Shown: piece by piece, positions 40,989 through 51,554 of the stretch
Layout of the letters: each line of letters begins with the position of its first letter
Numbering within the stretch: position 1 is the first letter of the stretch
From: a bacterium
GTDB lineage: Bacteria > UBA8248 > JACPRG01 > G963555815
Reading direction: 5' to 3'
DNA length: 64,000 nt
NCBI GenBank assembly: GCA_965261595.1
Contig: CBDHDG010000002.1
Coordinates: 128,001 to 192,000, forward strand
Program-made: the position numbers and the translations under genes
Notes under the pieces: model-generated
What the model was told of the DNA's origin: nothing
Databases searched by the model: none
Seen by the model: the letters and a program-made list of their open reading frames with translations, nothing else

Positions 40989-42209
40989 TCACTTGCCCTT
41001 GGGGTTGTCCAGATTGAACAGCTTCAAGGCGTTCCCGCCCAGGATGTTTCGTTTCGCCCCCTCGCTCAGGAAGGGGAGGTCGTAAATCGTGCTGGGCAGA
41101 TCGAAGTCCTGGTGCGGCCAGTCCGAGGCGTAGAGGAGCTGGCTCTCGGCGTTGATCATCTTGAACGTGAATTCCAGCGCATTCAGGCTGTATTTTTCGA
41201 GCGGCTGGGCGCTGAAAAACATCTCGCGGATATATTCGCTCGGCAGCCGCTTGAGCGCCGGCGCCTCGGAGGTGCGGAGCAGATATTCGTGGTCCAGCCG
41301 CTGGATCATGAAGGGGACCCAGGCCAGTCCGCTCTCGATCCAGATGACCTTCAGGCGGGGAAACCGCTCGGGGATGCCGTGGAGCACCCAATTGACGAGG
41401 TGAACGATGTTCCACAGGACGAATCCCACCGTGTGCATCCCGACGAACCGGCTGAACTGGGTCAGGACCGGCTCCTGCCAGTAATACCCGCTGTGGAAGG
41501 CGATGGGCAGGCCCCGTTCCTGAAGGGTCGCGTACAGCTTCATGTACGGGTTGGCCTGGACCGGTTGGTTCCGGACGCTGGTGACCATGAACCCGATCAC
41601 CTCGGGCTCGCCCGCGAACTCCTCGACCATTTTGATGGACGCCTCCGGATTGCTGAAAGGAAGATAGAGCATCGACTTGAGCCGGTCGTCGGCCTTGAGG
41701 ATGTGATCGACCAGCCAGCGGTTGAACGCCCGCGAGAGCACGACCTCCATGTCGAGCTGCGGGTGCATGCCGACGTGGAGCATCGCCGTGGGAAAGACCA
41801 CCATGTAGTCGATGCCGATGCTTTCCAGGGCCCGGCGGATCAGGACCAGGTTGCGCTCGCCGTCGGATTCCTCCACCGTCTCCCGCCGGTCGGAATCGTG
41901 GGGGATGCGCCCGCCGATGTCCTGGTACCACATTCCCGGATTGGTGTTCAGGCCGTACGCTGGGGCGCCCCCCTTGTTCTTGTAAAAATCCAGGGCGTTA
42001 TCGCGGATGACCGGGTCTTCGATGTATTCGGCGACCTCATGCCAGTTCATCGTCTCGATGATGTGGGAATCCACGTCGAAGATGGGGAAATCCCGATAGC
42101 GGCGCTCCTCGGCCTGCCGTTTGGCGTGCGCGAGGATGTCCCGCGTGTCGGTGTAGACGTCGATCTGCTGGACCGGAACCTCTTTCGTGTCTCCGATTTG
42201 GTGCGCCAT
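40989..42209 (-). CDS. Amidohydrolase_2 family protein
   Basis: DVDSH, IAFHS, ERFP.LK..WIESG, ASDWPH.DFD and ILGGNA. Confidence 0.9.
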   Translation of the reverse strand: MAHQIGDTKEVPVQQIDVYTDTRDILAHAKRQAEERRYRDFPIFDVDSHIIETMNWHEVAEYIEDPVIRDNALDFYKNKGGAPAYGLNTNPGMWYQDIGGRIPHDSDRRETVEESDGERNLVLIRRALESIGIDYMVVFPTAMLHVGMHPQLDMEVVLSRAFNRWLVDHILKADDRLKSMLYLPFSNPEASIKMVEEFAGEPEVIGFMVTSVRNQPVQANPYMKLYATLQERGLPIAFHSGYYWQEPVLTQFSRFVGMHTVGFVLWNIVHLVNWVLHGIPERFPRLKVIWIESGLAWVPFMIQRLDHEYLLRTSEAPALKRLPSEYIREMFFSAQPLEKYSLNALEFTFKMINAESQLLYASDWPHQDFDLPSTIYDLPFLSEGAKRNILGGNALKLFNLDNPKGK

Positions 42210-42378
42210 GCTTTTCGCGGCTCCATCATCGGTTGAGCGCGATCGCCGTGCTTCGGGGCGACCGAGGCAGACCCGCATTATATACCGCTTGCGGGAAGGC
42301 TTCTCCTCGGGAGGGGTTTGAGGCAGGATAGGCGCGATATTTGGACCCACCCTGAGAAGTTGGGAGAGACGCCACCAT

Positions 42379-43641
42379 TGGACTTACCCCGGTTTCGTGG
42401 AGAGTTAAGCACTTGGGTTTTCAGGGTGTGCGTTGTTGTCTCCTTTCGTAGTTAACGGGTGACAGGTTGTCGATGGAGGAGTGCCAACGATGCGGGTTGT
42501 AGAAGCCCTCGATGAACCCGAACACCTCCATGCGCGCCTCGGCCCGGGTGCGGAAACTGTGGCGAGCGAGGAGCTCGCACTCCAGCGTGGCGAAAAAGCT
42601 CTCACACAGCGCGTTGTCGTAGCAGTCCCCGACCGAACCCATGGAGGGACGCCCGCCCGCCTGCCGGCAGCGCTGCCCAAAGGCGACCGAGGTGTACTGC
42701 GTGCTGCCCTGGTCGGAGTGGTGGATGACGGCCCGGGGACGGCGCTTATACAGCGCCATGTCGAGCGCGTCGAGCACCAACTCGGCCCGCAGGTGTGTGG
42801 CCATCGACCACCCCACGATGCGCCGGCTGAACGCATCGAGCGCCACGGCCAGATACAAAAACCCCGCCCATGTCGGAACGTAGGTGATGTCGGCCACCCA
42901 CAGCCGGTCGGGGGCCTCGGCCGTGAAGTTGCGGTCCACCAGATCAGGGGCCGGCCGCGCCTCCTGCCGGCGCTGCGTCGTGCGCGCTCCCTTGCGCCGA
43001 CTGACGCCCGCAAGTCCCGCCCCACGCATCAGCCTGGCGACGCGCTTGCGGCCCACACGCACTCCCTCAGCCTCCAGCTCGGCATGGACGCGCGGCACGC
43101 CGTAAGTCCCCCGAGAACGCTCGTGGATCGCCTGAATGCGTTTGGTGAGCGCCCGATCGGTACACGAGCGGGCACACGGCGCGCGCCTGCGCCACGCGTA
43201 GTAGCCGCTGGAGGAGACGCCCAGCACCCGGCACATGGTGGCGGTCCGATACATGGCCTGGTTCGCCCTCACGAACCCGTAGATCCGGACGGGATCGAAT
43301 CGGTCTCCCGAGCAAACCAGGCCGCGGCTTTTGCTAAGATCTCCCGCTCCTGGCGGAGCTGTCGGTTCTCGCGGCGAAGTCGGCGCAACTCCTCCCGCTC
43401 ATCGCTCGTGAGCCCGTCTTTGCGACGCCCCTCGTCAACGTCGGCTTGATAGGCCCAGGTGCGGATCGTCTGCGCCGAGGGCTCGAACTCGTGCGCCAGC
43501 GCCTCGGGCGTGCGTCCCGCCCGGACCAACTCTACCATCTGGCAGCGGAACTCCATTGGATAGCGTGGGTGAGTCTGTGGCATCGTGAACACCTCCTTTA
43601 CCCCCAAATCATCAGGTGTCCACCAAACCGGGTCAACTCCA
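42379..43641 (-). mobile_element. IS3-family element B, copy 2 (OrfA about 43269-43583, OrfB to 42421)
   Basis: Inverted near-identical copy of 5699-6958 (3 nt longer); 3-bp TSD CAT. Confidence 0.94.
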
Positions 43642-43642
43642 C

Positions 43643-44197
43643 ATGGCGCGGATCCGAGAAGCGGACCCATCGGCCGCTCCGCCGGAAATCCAAAAGATCT
43701 TCGAGGAGCAAACAGAGACTTACGGGGAGGTGTTGAACTCCTATCTGATTTCCAGCCACAGGCCCTCCATCCTCCTCGCCAACCAGGCCTTCGGGGGGGC
43801 GATCGAAGAATCGGGGCTGCTCCCGGTGGGGCTGCGGACGCTTCTGAACGTCCGGGTGGCGCAGATCAACGGATGCCCCTTCTGAGCGGACTCCAATTCA
43901 TTCCGTGGAATGAACAGCGGAGAAGACGCGGAGAAGTTTCTCTCGGTGGACCGGTGGCGCGAAAGCGGCCTCTATAGCCGCAGAGAGCGGCTCGCGCTGG
44001 AGGCGGCCGAGGGGATGACGGTCGCGGAGGTCGATGTGAGCGACGACCTCTTCGGGGAGCTGCGGGCCGAGTTCACCGACGAGGAGCTCGTCGAGCTGGC
44101 CGCCGTGATTGCCCTGGAGAACTACCGGAGCAAGTTCAATCACTTCTTCCGGGTCGAGGCCAACGGGCTCTGCAAATGGGAGCCCCCGGAAGCCTGA
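43643..44197 (+). CDS. AhpD/CMD-like protein, putative selenoprotein (CPFU)
   Basis: LLNVRVAQINGCPF-TGA(43883-43885)-ADSN continues in frame to RERLALEAAE.MT...EELVEL...ENYRSKFN. Confidence 0.88.
43897..43914 (+). promoter_or_regulatory. Candidate SECIS hairpin
   Basis: TTCATTC-CGTG-GAATGAA after an 11-nt spacer 3' of the UGA. Confidence 0.7.
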
Positions 44198-44225
44198 CAC
44201 CTTCGGGGAAGCCGGCCGGGGCGCG

Positions 44226-45068
44226 TCACGGCCGCTCTTTGTAGCGCCGGATGGACAGGACCTTGACATCGCCCAGGGGCTTGGCCCCCGATCCGACCTT
44301 CACATCGCCGATCCGCTCCACGACGTCCATCCCCTTGATCACCTTGCCGAATACGGTGTGCTTTCCCGTGAGCCAGGGGGTGTCCACCAGGTTGATGAAG
44401 AACTGGGACCCGTTGGTGTCGGGGCCGGAGTTGGCCATGGCGATGACCCCCTTTTTCGGGGGGTGCGACCCGCGGGTGTCGTTGTACCGGTAACCCAGGT
44501 TTTGATAAGCCTCCTTCAGGGTGAGGGTTTCGAGCCTCCCCTGTATCTCTTCGATCTTTTGCTTGATTCGTTCTTTCGACCGGATGCCCATGGACCGGAG
44601 CAAGGGAGAGAGCAGGACCCTTTGGAAGTCCCGTTGGTTGCGCACCATCAGAAATCGATGGGGTTGTCCCGGTTGACCGCTGTAGGCCTTCATGTTGTGG
44701 AGGCCGAGGGCGTCGGCGTTGATCTCGTCCGGTATCCGATACCCCGGACCCCCGGTTCCGGTCCCCTTGGGATCGCCCCCCTGGAGCATGAAGTTTTTGA
44801 TGACCCGGTGGAAAATCGTGTTGTCGTAGTAGTGCCCTTTGGCTTTGCCGCCGGTCTTCGGATCCGTGTACTCCTTCTTCCCTTCCGCCAAATCGAGGAA
44901 GTTCGCCACCGTCCCGGGCGTTTCCCGGATGAAGAGCTCCACGTAAATATCGCCGAGACTCGTCCGGATGAGCGCGACGGGATTGCGGGGATCCTCCAAC
45001 TGAAGTCCCGCGGCCGTTCCAGGCAGGGCCGAGAAGAGGAACAGGGCAATCGTCAGGATGAATTTCAT
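44226..45068 (-). CDS. Exported cyclophilin-type peptidyl-prolyl isomerase
   Basis: Signal peptide, FHRVIKNFMLQGGDP, AMANSGPDTNGSQFFI and KHTVFG. Confidence 0.95.
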   Translation of the reverse strand: MKFILTIALFLFSALPGTAAGLQLEDPRNPVALIRTSLGDIYVELFIRETPGTVANFLDLAEGKKEYTDPKTGGKAKGHYYDNTIFHRVIKNFMLQGGDPKGTGTGGPGYRIPDEINADALGLHNMKAYSGQPGQPHRFLMVRNQRDFQRVLLSPLLRSMGIRSKERIKQKIEEIQGRLETLTLKEAYQNLGYRYNDTRGSHPPKKGVIAMANSGPDTNGSQFFINLVDTPWLTGKHTVFGKVIKGMDVVERIGDVKVGSGAKPLGDVKVLSIRRYKERP

Positions 45069-45628
45069 TTTTTCAGGCTCCCGGTTGAGGCCGAGTGGAG
45101 AGCGGCAAATCGGTCATTCGGCGATCGGAGGGCCGGCGGTTTTCCCGCCGGGACCCTTTCATCGGCCCGGCCATGACCGCGCCGTCTAAAATACAGGGAA
45201 CCGGATTGCGGTTCAATCAGGCGCCAGGTCAGCGTAAAGGTTCATTTTCGTCAGGGGATGGTGAAATTCCGGTGAATCATTTCGTTCAAATTTAAAATCA
45301 GATCCTCTCCTTCCACTCGGATTTCAGGAAGAATCGTAAACTTTTGTCAAGGCAGCTCCTGTTCATGGCGAAAATAAAGCAAGCCGCCGCCTCCTTTGAA
45401 TTCCTGGTTAACCGGGAGGCCTGGTTATGGTCTGTTGTTCGAAGGATTTCGAAATCCTGCTAATCTGGAAGGATAGCTTGAATAGGCTGAGAGGACTTAG
45501 AATCGGGTAATACGAGGAACGAAATCCGGCCAGCTTAGAATTCTTCAAGGAGTGAAACGTATGAGCTGACCCCGACCAACTCTTTTCGTCCTTCCGACAA
45601 TCCAGGAATATTCCCCTTAGGGAGGGGT

Positions 45629-47032
45629 TCCCCCGCTCTAGGGTTTTGTTGGACACTCGATTGATCCATGATTCATGGAGAAAGGGGTGTCGCGATGAAC
45701 GAACAAAAGCAAGAGGGGGCTTTGGCGGAGGGCGCCCGCAGGGCGAACGGAGCCAAGGCCCCAGGGCATCGCAGTGAGCGGGGTCGGTTCTCCTGCCAGC
45801 GCAAGCGGGAGGCGGTCCTGCGTCTTTTGCGGGGCGAGAGCCTGGAGACGCTCTGCCGCGAGTTGGGCACGACAGCGGCTCGGCTTTCCGCCTGGCGCGA
45901 GGCGTTCCTTCGCGGGGGCGAGGCGGCGCTCAAAGCTCGCCCGGCGGATGAGCGGGACGAGGAGAACGCCCGGCTCAAGGCCAAGGTGGGCGAACTCACG
46001 ATGGAGGGCGAGGTCCTGCGGGAGAAGATCGACCGCCTGGAGGCCGGCCGCCCTTTAGCCGGCAGGAGGTGGAGGCGATGAGTCAGGCCCGCTTCACCTC
46101 CACGGGCAGAGCCTACGGCCTGAAGCGGGTGTGCGCCCTTTGGGGCTTGGCGCGCTCCACGGTCTACGCGCAACGGCGGCGAGAGGCGGTCCCCGTTCAT
46201 GAACGCCCCACGCCCAATAAGCGCGGCCCTGTGGGCCCGTGCACCGATGCGGAACTCCTCGGTCACATCCGGCAGGTCCTGGAGGACTCTCCCTTCCATG
46301 GCGAGGGCTACCGCAAGGTGTGGGCGAGGCTGCGCTTCGCGGGCATCCGCACCAGCAAGGAGCGGGTGCGTCGCCTGATGCGGGAGGCGGGGCTTCAGGC
46401 CCCCCACCGGGTGGGCAAACCCCGAGGTCCCAAGGCCCACAACGGGACCATCCGCACCGAGCGGCCCGACCGAATGTGGGGCACGGACATGACGACGACG
46501 GTGACCACCGAGGAGGGGATGGCCTCGGTGTTCGCGGCGGTGGATCACTGCTCGGTGGACTGCGTGGGGATCCATGCGGCCAAGAGCGGCAACCGCTTCG
46601 AGGCCCTGGAGCCGATCCGGCAGGGGGTCGCCGAGCGCTTCGCCGGCTTGGAGGCGGACGTCGCCGAGGGGCTTAAAGTTCGTCACGACCACGGCCCCGC
46701 CTATCTGTCCGATGACTTTCAGCGGGAGATCGCCTACCTGGGCATGACCAGTTCGCCCAGCTTCGTGCGGGCGCCCGAGGGAAATGGCTACTGTGAGTGG
46801 TTTATCCGCATCTTGAAGGAGAATCTCCTGTGGGTGCGCTCTTTCGCCACCGTAGAGGAACTGCGGTGGGCGCTGCTTGAGTTCAAGAACCTGTACAACC
46901 ATCATTGGATTCTCGAGGGCTACGGCTACCGAACGCCGGCCCAGGCAAGGCAGGAAAAACTCGCTCAAGTTGCGGAGGCCGCATGAGGTCGAATACCCTC
47001 ACCCGAGTGTCCAATAACCCAGGGGCGGTCCA
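45629..47032 (+). mobile_element. IS element A, copy 2 (OrfA 45668-46081, OrfB 46078-46986)
   Basis: 1404 bp, TSD GGGT. Confidence 0.94.
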
Positions 47033-47075
47033 GGGTCTTTGTAAACCGGTTCAACGAATTGAAGATTTCCGAACT

Positions 47076-47482
47076 ATGTCTTCTTTTACCTACTTGCTAG
47101 CAAGCCTTGCATTTGTGACCCTTTTCGGGATCCTCTTTCTGTGCCGGCCCGACGGACGGCGGGCCATGTGGTCCACCGGCCTAACCATGGCCCCAATGGG
47201 ACCCCTTAGCCAGTATTGGCATATATAAGGATTACTGGGAGCCCATTCACGTTCTTCGTTGGATTGTGGGCGCCTGGCGCTTTGGCATTGAAGACCTTCT
47301 TTTCGCGTTTGCCTTTTCGGGAACCTCGGCCGGGCTATTTATGTGGTTGGTGGAAGGTCGCTCAAAGCGCCCATCCATCCTTCCCACCGGACGCATCAGT
47401 CCCGCACGGATGGCCATGCAGAACAATTGTCTGAAAAATCTGCACCGCTCACCTTCCGGGTTTCAAGGCATCCGTTTGGGCG
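47076..47482 (+). pseudogene. Frameshifted, IS-truncated membrane protein fragment (lycopene-cyclase-domain-like)
   Basis: Hydrophobic ORF with a frameshift at CATATATAAG; second frame reads DYW.P...GIEDLLFAF. Family assignment tentative. Confidence 0.45.
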
Positions 47483-48753
47483 TGACCTGCCCCCCTGAAA
47501 CCGGTCCGGTTTGAGAGTTAGGATTTTCGCACGGCTTTCGGGACTGGATTGGCCTAGAAAGGGGGCAATGATGAGTCGGAAGCGATTCACCGCGGAGCAG
47601 ATCATCCACAAGCTTCGTCAGGCCGAGGTGGAGTTGGCCAATGGGCAGAGGATGGCTCAGGTCTGCAAGACGCTGGGGATCTCCGAGCAGACCTATTACC
47701 GGTGGCGGCGGGAGTACGGAGGCCTGCGCCTGGACCAGGCGAAACGACTGAAGACACTGGAGCAGGAAAACGCCCGGCTAAAGAAGCTGGTGGCCGAGCA
47801 GGCCCTGGATAACGCCATCTTGAAGGAGGCCTCCCAGGGAAACTTCTGAGCCCGCCTGCGCGGCGGCGGGCGATGGAGCATGTGCGGGAGAAGCTGAGCG
47901 TGTCCGAACGTCGCGCCTGCCGGGTGCTGGGTCAGGCCCGCTCGACTCAGCGGCGCTCTGCCCAGGTCCCTGACGATGAGGCCCGTTTGGTGGCGCGGGT
48001 GACAGAGCTGGCGAGCGAGTACGGACGGTACGGCTACCGGAGGATAACGGCTCTGTTGGAAAGAGAAGGCTGGCGAGTGAATCACAAGGGGGTGGAGCGG
48101 ATCTGGCGCCAGGAAGGCCTGAAGGCGCCGAAGAGACAGCCCAAGCGAGGGCGTTTATGGCTGAACGACGGCTCTTGTGTTCGCAAGCGTCCGTCTTATC
48201 GGAATCATGTGTGGTCCTACGACTTCCTGGCCGCGAGGACGCACGATGGGCGGCCTTTACGGATGCTGGCTGTGATGGATGAGTTGACCCGGGAGCGCTT
48301 GGCCCTTGATGTAGAGAGAAGACTCAACTCCGAGGACGTCCTGGACCGCCTCACCGAGTTGTTCGTCCGGCGTGGCCTGCCGGCTTATATCCGCTCGGAC
48401 AACGGGGCGGAGTTCACGGCGAATGCGGTGAGAGGGTGGCTCACCCGTCTTGGGGTGAGAACGCTTTACATCGAGCGGGGCAGTCCCTGGGAGAACGGCT
48501 ATGTGGAGTCCTTCATCGGCAAGCTGCGCGATGAGCTGCTCAACGGGGAGATCTTCTACACCCTGACAGAGGCCAAGGTGTTGGTGGAGAGATGGCGACA
48601 ACTCTACAACCGGGTAAGGCCCCATAGTGCCTTGGGCTACCGGCCCCCGGCGCCGGAGGCCATCGAACCAATGCCTCCGGGCATCCCTACACTTTCGGAT
48701 ATCGGGGAGAAGAGACTAACTCAAAAAGTGGTACAACTTTAGGGGGCGGGTCA
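47483..48753 (+). mobile_element. IS3-family (IS407-group-like) element; OrfA 47568-47849, OrfB to 48742
   Basis: TGACCTGCCCCC / GGGGGCGGGTCA IRs, GGGAAAC slippery site, WSYDF, RSDNG and NGYVESF. No TSD. Confidence 0.92.
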
Positions 48754-48820
48754 CCTCACGCATACTCCTCAACGCAATGATCACTTGGGCGGGAGAATGG
48801 ACCCGCAGCTCAGACGCTGG

Positions 48821-48843
48821 ATTCCCGCCTGCGCGGGAATGAC
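48821..48843. repeat. ATTCCC-N8-GGGAAT palindrome (dRS3/RPE-like)
   Basis: ATTCCCGCCTGCGCGGGAATGAC. Confidence 0.6.
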
Positions 48844-49028
48844 GGCTCGGGGTGGACGTTCCCCTGTTCTCACGATTCCCGGGGCCGCACGGCCGATGAA
48901 AACTGGGGATCACTGGGCAGATCCGATCTGCACACCCTACATTCCCCTGTGTACCACTTCGGCTTGTCCGCCGGTTTGGGGAATGACCGTTTTGGAGACC
49001 CGACCCTCCCCCTCCCCCCCCTCCGGCT

Positions 49029-49862
49029 TCATTTTCCCTGAAACCTCGGCGGCCGCTTCTCGGCGAAGGCGCGCAGAGCCTCGTTCCGGTCCTCGGTGGC
49101 CAGCGTGACGTTGTACGCCGCCTCCTCGATCTCCCAGCCCCGGGACGGCGGTTTCCCCAGGCCGCCGTCGATGGCCGCCTTGGCCTGTTGGAGCGAGATG
49201 GGCGCGTTCGCCGTGATCGACCGGGCGAGCGCCCGAGCGGCCTTTCCCGCCTCGCCGGGGGGGACGACCCGGTCCGTGACGCCCAGGCGATCGGCCTCGC
49301 GCGCGTCGATCCTTCGGGCCGTGAAGATGAGCTCCTTCGCCCGCCCGACGCCGATCCGCCGGGGGAGCGCCTGCGTCCCGCCGGCCCCCGGGATGATTCC
49401 CAGGCTTGTCTCCGTCAGACCGAAGACGGCCGTCTCGTCCGCGATGATGATGTCGCACGCCAGCGCCAGCTCGAACCCGCCTCCCAGGGCGTAGCCGTGG
49501 ACGGCCGCGATGAGCGGCTTCGGAAACTCGGTGATCTTCCGAACCATGGCGATCATCTCCTTTCGGAGCTTCGCCACGTCCGGCATGGCCAGGGCCTTCC
49601 GCTCCTTCAGGTCCGCCCCGGCGCAGAAGGCCCGGTCCCCCGCTCCTTCGAGACATGCCGCCCAGACGCCGTCGTCCCGGGACAACGCCTCCATCGCGGC
49701 ATCCATCCGCCGGATGAGGTCCCAGTTGATGGTGTTCAGGGCCTCGGGCCGGTTCAGGAGAACGCGGGCGATGCGGTCCTCGACGGCGACCTCGATGATG
49801 GACCCCTCACTGATGGGACCATCTCTGATGGGAGCGTCCGGCATGGCGGGGAGGTCCTCCAT
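49029..49862 (-). CDS. Enoyl-CoA hydratase/isomerase
   Basis: AFCAGADLKE, ALGGGFELALACD and LTE..LGIIPGAGGTQ. Confidence 0.95.
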   Translation of the reverse strand: MEDLPAMPDAPIRDGPISEGSIIEVAVEDRIARVLLNRPEALNTINWDLIRRMDAAMEALSRDDGVWAACLEGAGDRAFCAGADLKERKALAMPDVAKLRKEMIAMVRKITEFPKPLIAAVHGYALGGGFELALACDIIIADETAVFGLTETSLGIIPGAGGTQALPRRIGVGRAKELIFTARRIDAREADRLGVTDRVVPPGEAGKAARALARSITANAPISLQQAKAAIDGGLGKPPSRGWEIEEAAYNVTLATEDRNEALRAFAEKRPPRFQGK

Positions 49863-49982
49863 GGAATGGCGCGTCCCGCGGAGACACAGGGTTCGCCGCG
49901 GTTATGGCCCGAATCCCGGCCCGTGGATTATATATAGGCCAGGAGAATTTCCCCCGACCCATCAAATCGCGAGAGGTCCGAG

Positions 49983-50348
49983 ATGAGCATCGACCGATAC
50001 GTCTATCACGAAGAGGATGCGCCCACGTACACGCCCGCCGGCCACGATGGGACCGTCAACCGGCGGCTGATCGGAGAGGCGGAAAACTTCCACCTGGTTC
50101 TCGGGACGCTGGAGAAGGGGGCGGTGGCCCACCGTCATTCCCATTCCGACCTGGAGCAGGGGATGTATGTCTTGGAGGGCCGGGCGCGGATCGAGATCGA
50201 CGGGGAGGCGAAGGAAGTCGGGGAAGGGGGCGTGATCTTCTTCCCGGTGGGTGTGCCGCACAGGATCGAGGCCCTGGGCGATCCCGTCACGCGGTTCCTG
50301 ATCGTCTATTCCCCGCCCCTCAAAGCGCATCCGGACCCGACGCCCTAG
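49983..50348 (+). CDS. Cupin domain protein
   Basis: HSH...EQ..YVLEG and P.GVPH. Confidence 0.88.
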   Translation: MSIDRYVYHEEDAPTYTPAGHDGTVNRRLIGEAENFHLVLGTLEKGAVAHRHSHSDLEQGMYVLEGRARIEIDGEAKEVGEGGVIFFPVGVPHRIEALGDPVTRFLIVYSPPLKAHPDPTP

Positions 50349-50393
50349 CCTCGTGTCTCCAAAATAGAAGGACACTTCACAAATTGCAGAGAA

Positions 50394-50504
50394 GGCGGGC
50401 AAGGGGTCAACCGACCCAAATGCCCGCCCTACCTGTTTTGAAAACACCGCCTTTCCACCGTTCCGGAAGGCCGGGCATTTGGGTCGGTTGACCCCTTGGC
50501 CGGC
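50394..50504. repeat. Inverted REP-like doublet (REPIN-like)
   Basis: Two inverted copies of G(T/A)AG-G(G/C)CGGGCA-TTTGGGTCGGTTGACCCCT-TG.C.G.C between convergent genes. Confidence 0.8.
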
Positions 50505-50571
50505 CGGAAAGGGACAATTCGGGTCTCGATATGTAAAACCATTTACGAGACAATAGCCTCGCGGGCGCCCT

Positions 50572-51522
50572 TCATCCCCCGGCGCTTCCGTCCGCCGTGA
50601 AGAGCTTCCGAATGAACGCGTCCAGCCGCTGGAAATACGCTTCCCCTCCGACGGCGTAGGTGTCGTTGTGTCCCGCCCCTTGGATGACGTAAAACGCCTT
50701 CGGGTCGTTGGCGGCTTCGAACAGGGCCTTCCCCATGGAGAACGGCACAATGTCGTCGCGATCTCCGTGGAGGACCAATAGCGGCAAGCGGATCTTTTTG
50801 ATCTTCGACAGGTTGTCGTATTTCGTTTTCATGTATCTTCCGATCGGAACGACGTAGAGCTTTTTCGCCATCGCCCCGACGGAGGTGAAAGGGGACTCCA
50901 GGATCAGGCCCGCCGCCAGCCGGCGCAGGGTCTCCTCCAGGGCGACCGAGGCCCCGAGGGACCTGCCGAAGTGAACCAGCCGATCCCTGTCCACGTCCTT
51001 GCGGGACAGCAGATACCGGACCGCCCCCTCGGCGTCGCGGTAGGTCCCTTCCTCCGAAGGCGTTCCTTCGCTCCGGCCGTATCCCCGATAGTCGAAGATG
51101 AAGATGTTCGCCGCGACTTTCTGATGAAGAAGGGCGATGTTCTCCACCCTATGGCTGAGGTTTCCGCCGTTTCCGGGGAACCAGGTGAGGGTGGGCGTCC
51201 TGCCCGTCGCCGTCCCGCCCGCGCGGGCGGGGACGAACCAGCCGTGCAGCTTGACGCCGTCCGGGGCCTTGAAGCGAACGTCCTCGAACGCCACCCCCCG
51301 GTCGCCGGGCGTCAGAAAAATCTCGCGCGCGGGGTGGTAGATGAAGAACCGTTCGATCCGCTCGCGACAACTTCCCAGAATCAAAAGGAGAACAACCGCG
51401 TACAACGAGAGGCGGACGGCTGGTTTGCGCCATGAGAAGCGCTTCGCCCCTTTGGGGCGTTCGCCGACGTTCCGCGCGGGGGGGGAAGTGCGGTCCATGG
51501 GTTTTCGGGAAGGGTTTTCCAT
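50572..51522 (-). CDS. Alpha/beta hydrolase (ABHD13/BEM46-like)
   Basis: GNGGN, DYRGYG.SEG, GRSLG, HGDRD and GAGHND. Confidence 0.92.
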   Translation of the reverse strand: MENPSRKPMDRTSPPARNVGERPKGAKRFSWRKPAVRLSLYAVVLLLILGSCRERIERFFIYHPAREIFLTPGDRGVAFEDVRFKAPDGVKLHGWFVPARAGGTATGRTPTLTWFPGNGGNLSHRVENIALLHQKVAANIFIFDYRGYGRSEGTPSEEGTYRDAEGAVRYLLSRKDVDRDRLVHFGRSLGASVALEETLRRLAAGLILESPFTSVGAMAKKLYVVPIGRYMKTKYDNLSKIKKIRLPLLVLHGDRDDIVPFSMGKALFEAANDPKAFYVIQGAGHNDTYAVGGEAYFQRLDAFIRKLFTADGSAGG

Positions 51523-51554
51523 TCGCTTGATCCGCGTCTTCGCAAGGCCATCGA

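Noticed and set aside
5699..43641. Inversion or composite transposon between the inverted IS B copies
   Set aside because: Copy 2 retains its own CAT TSD on both sides, so the flanks were not exchanged, and the interval is housekeeping DNA.
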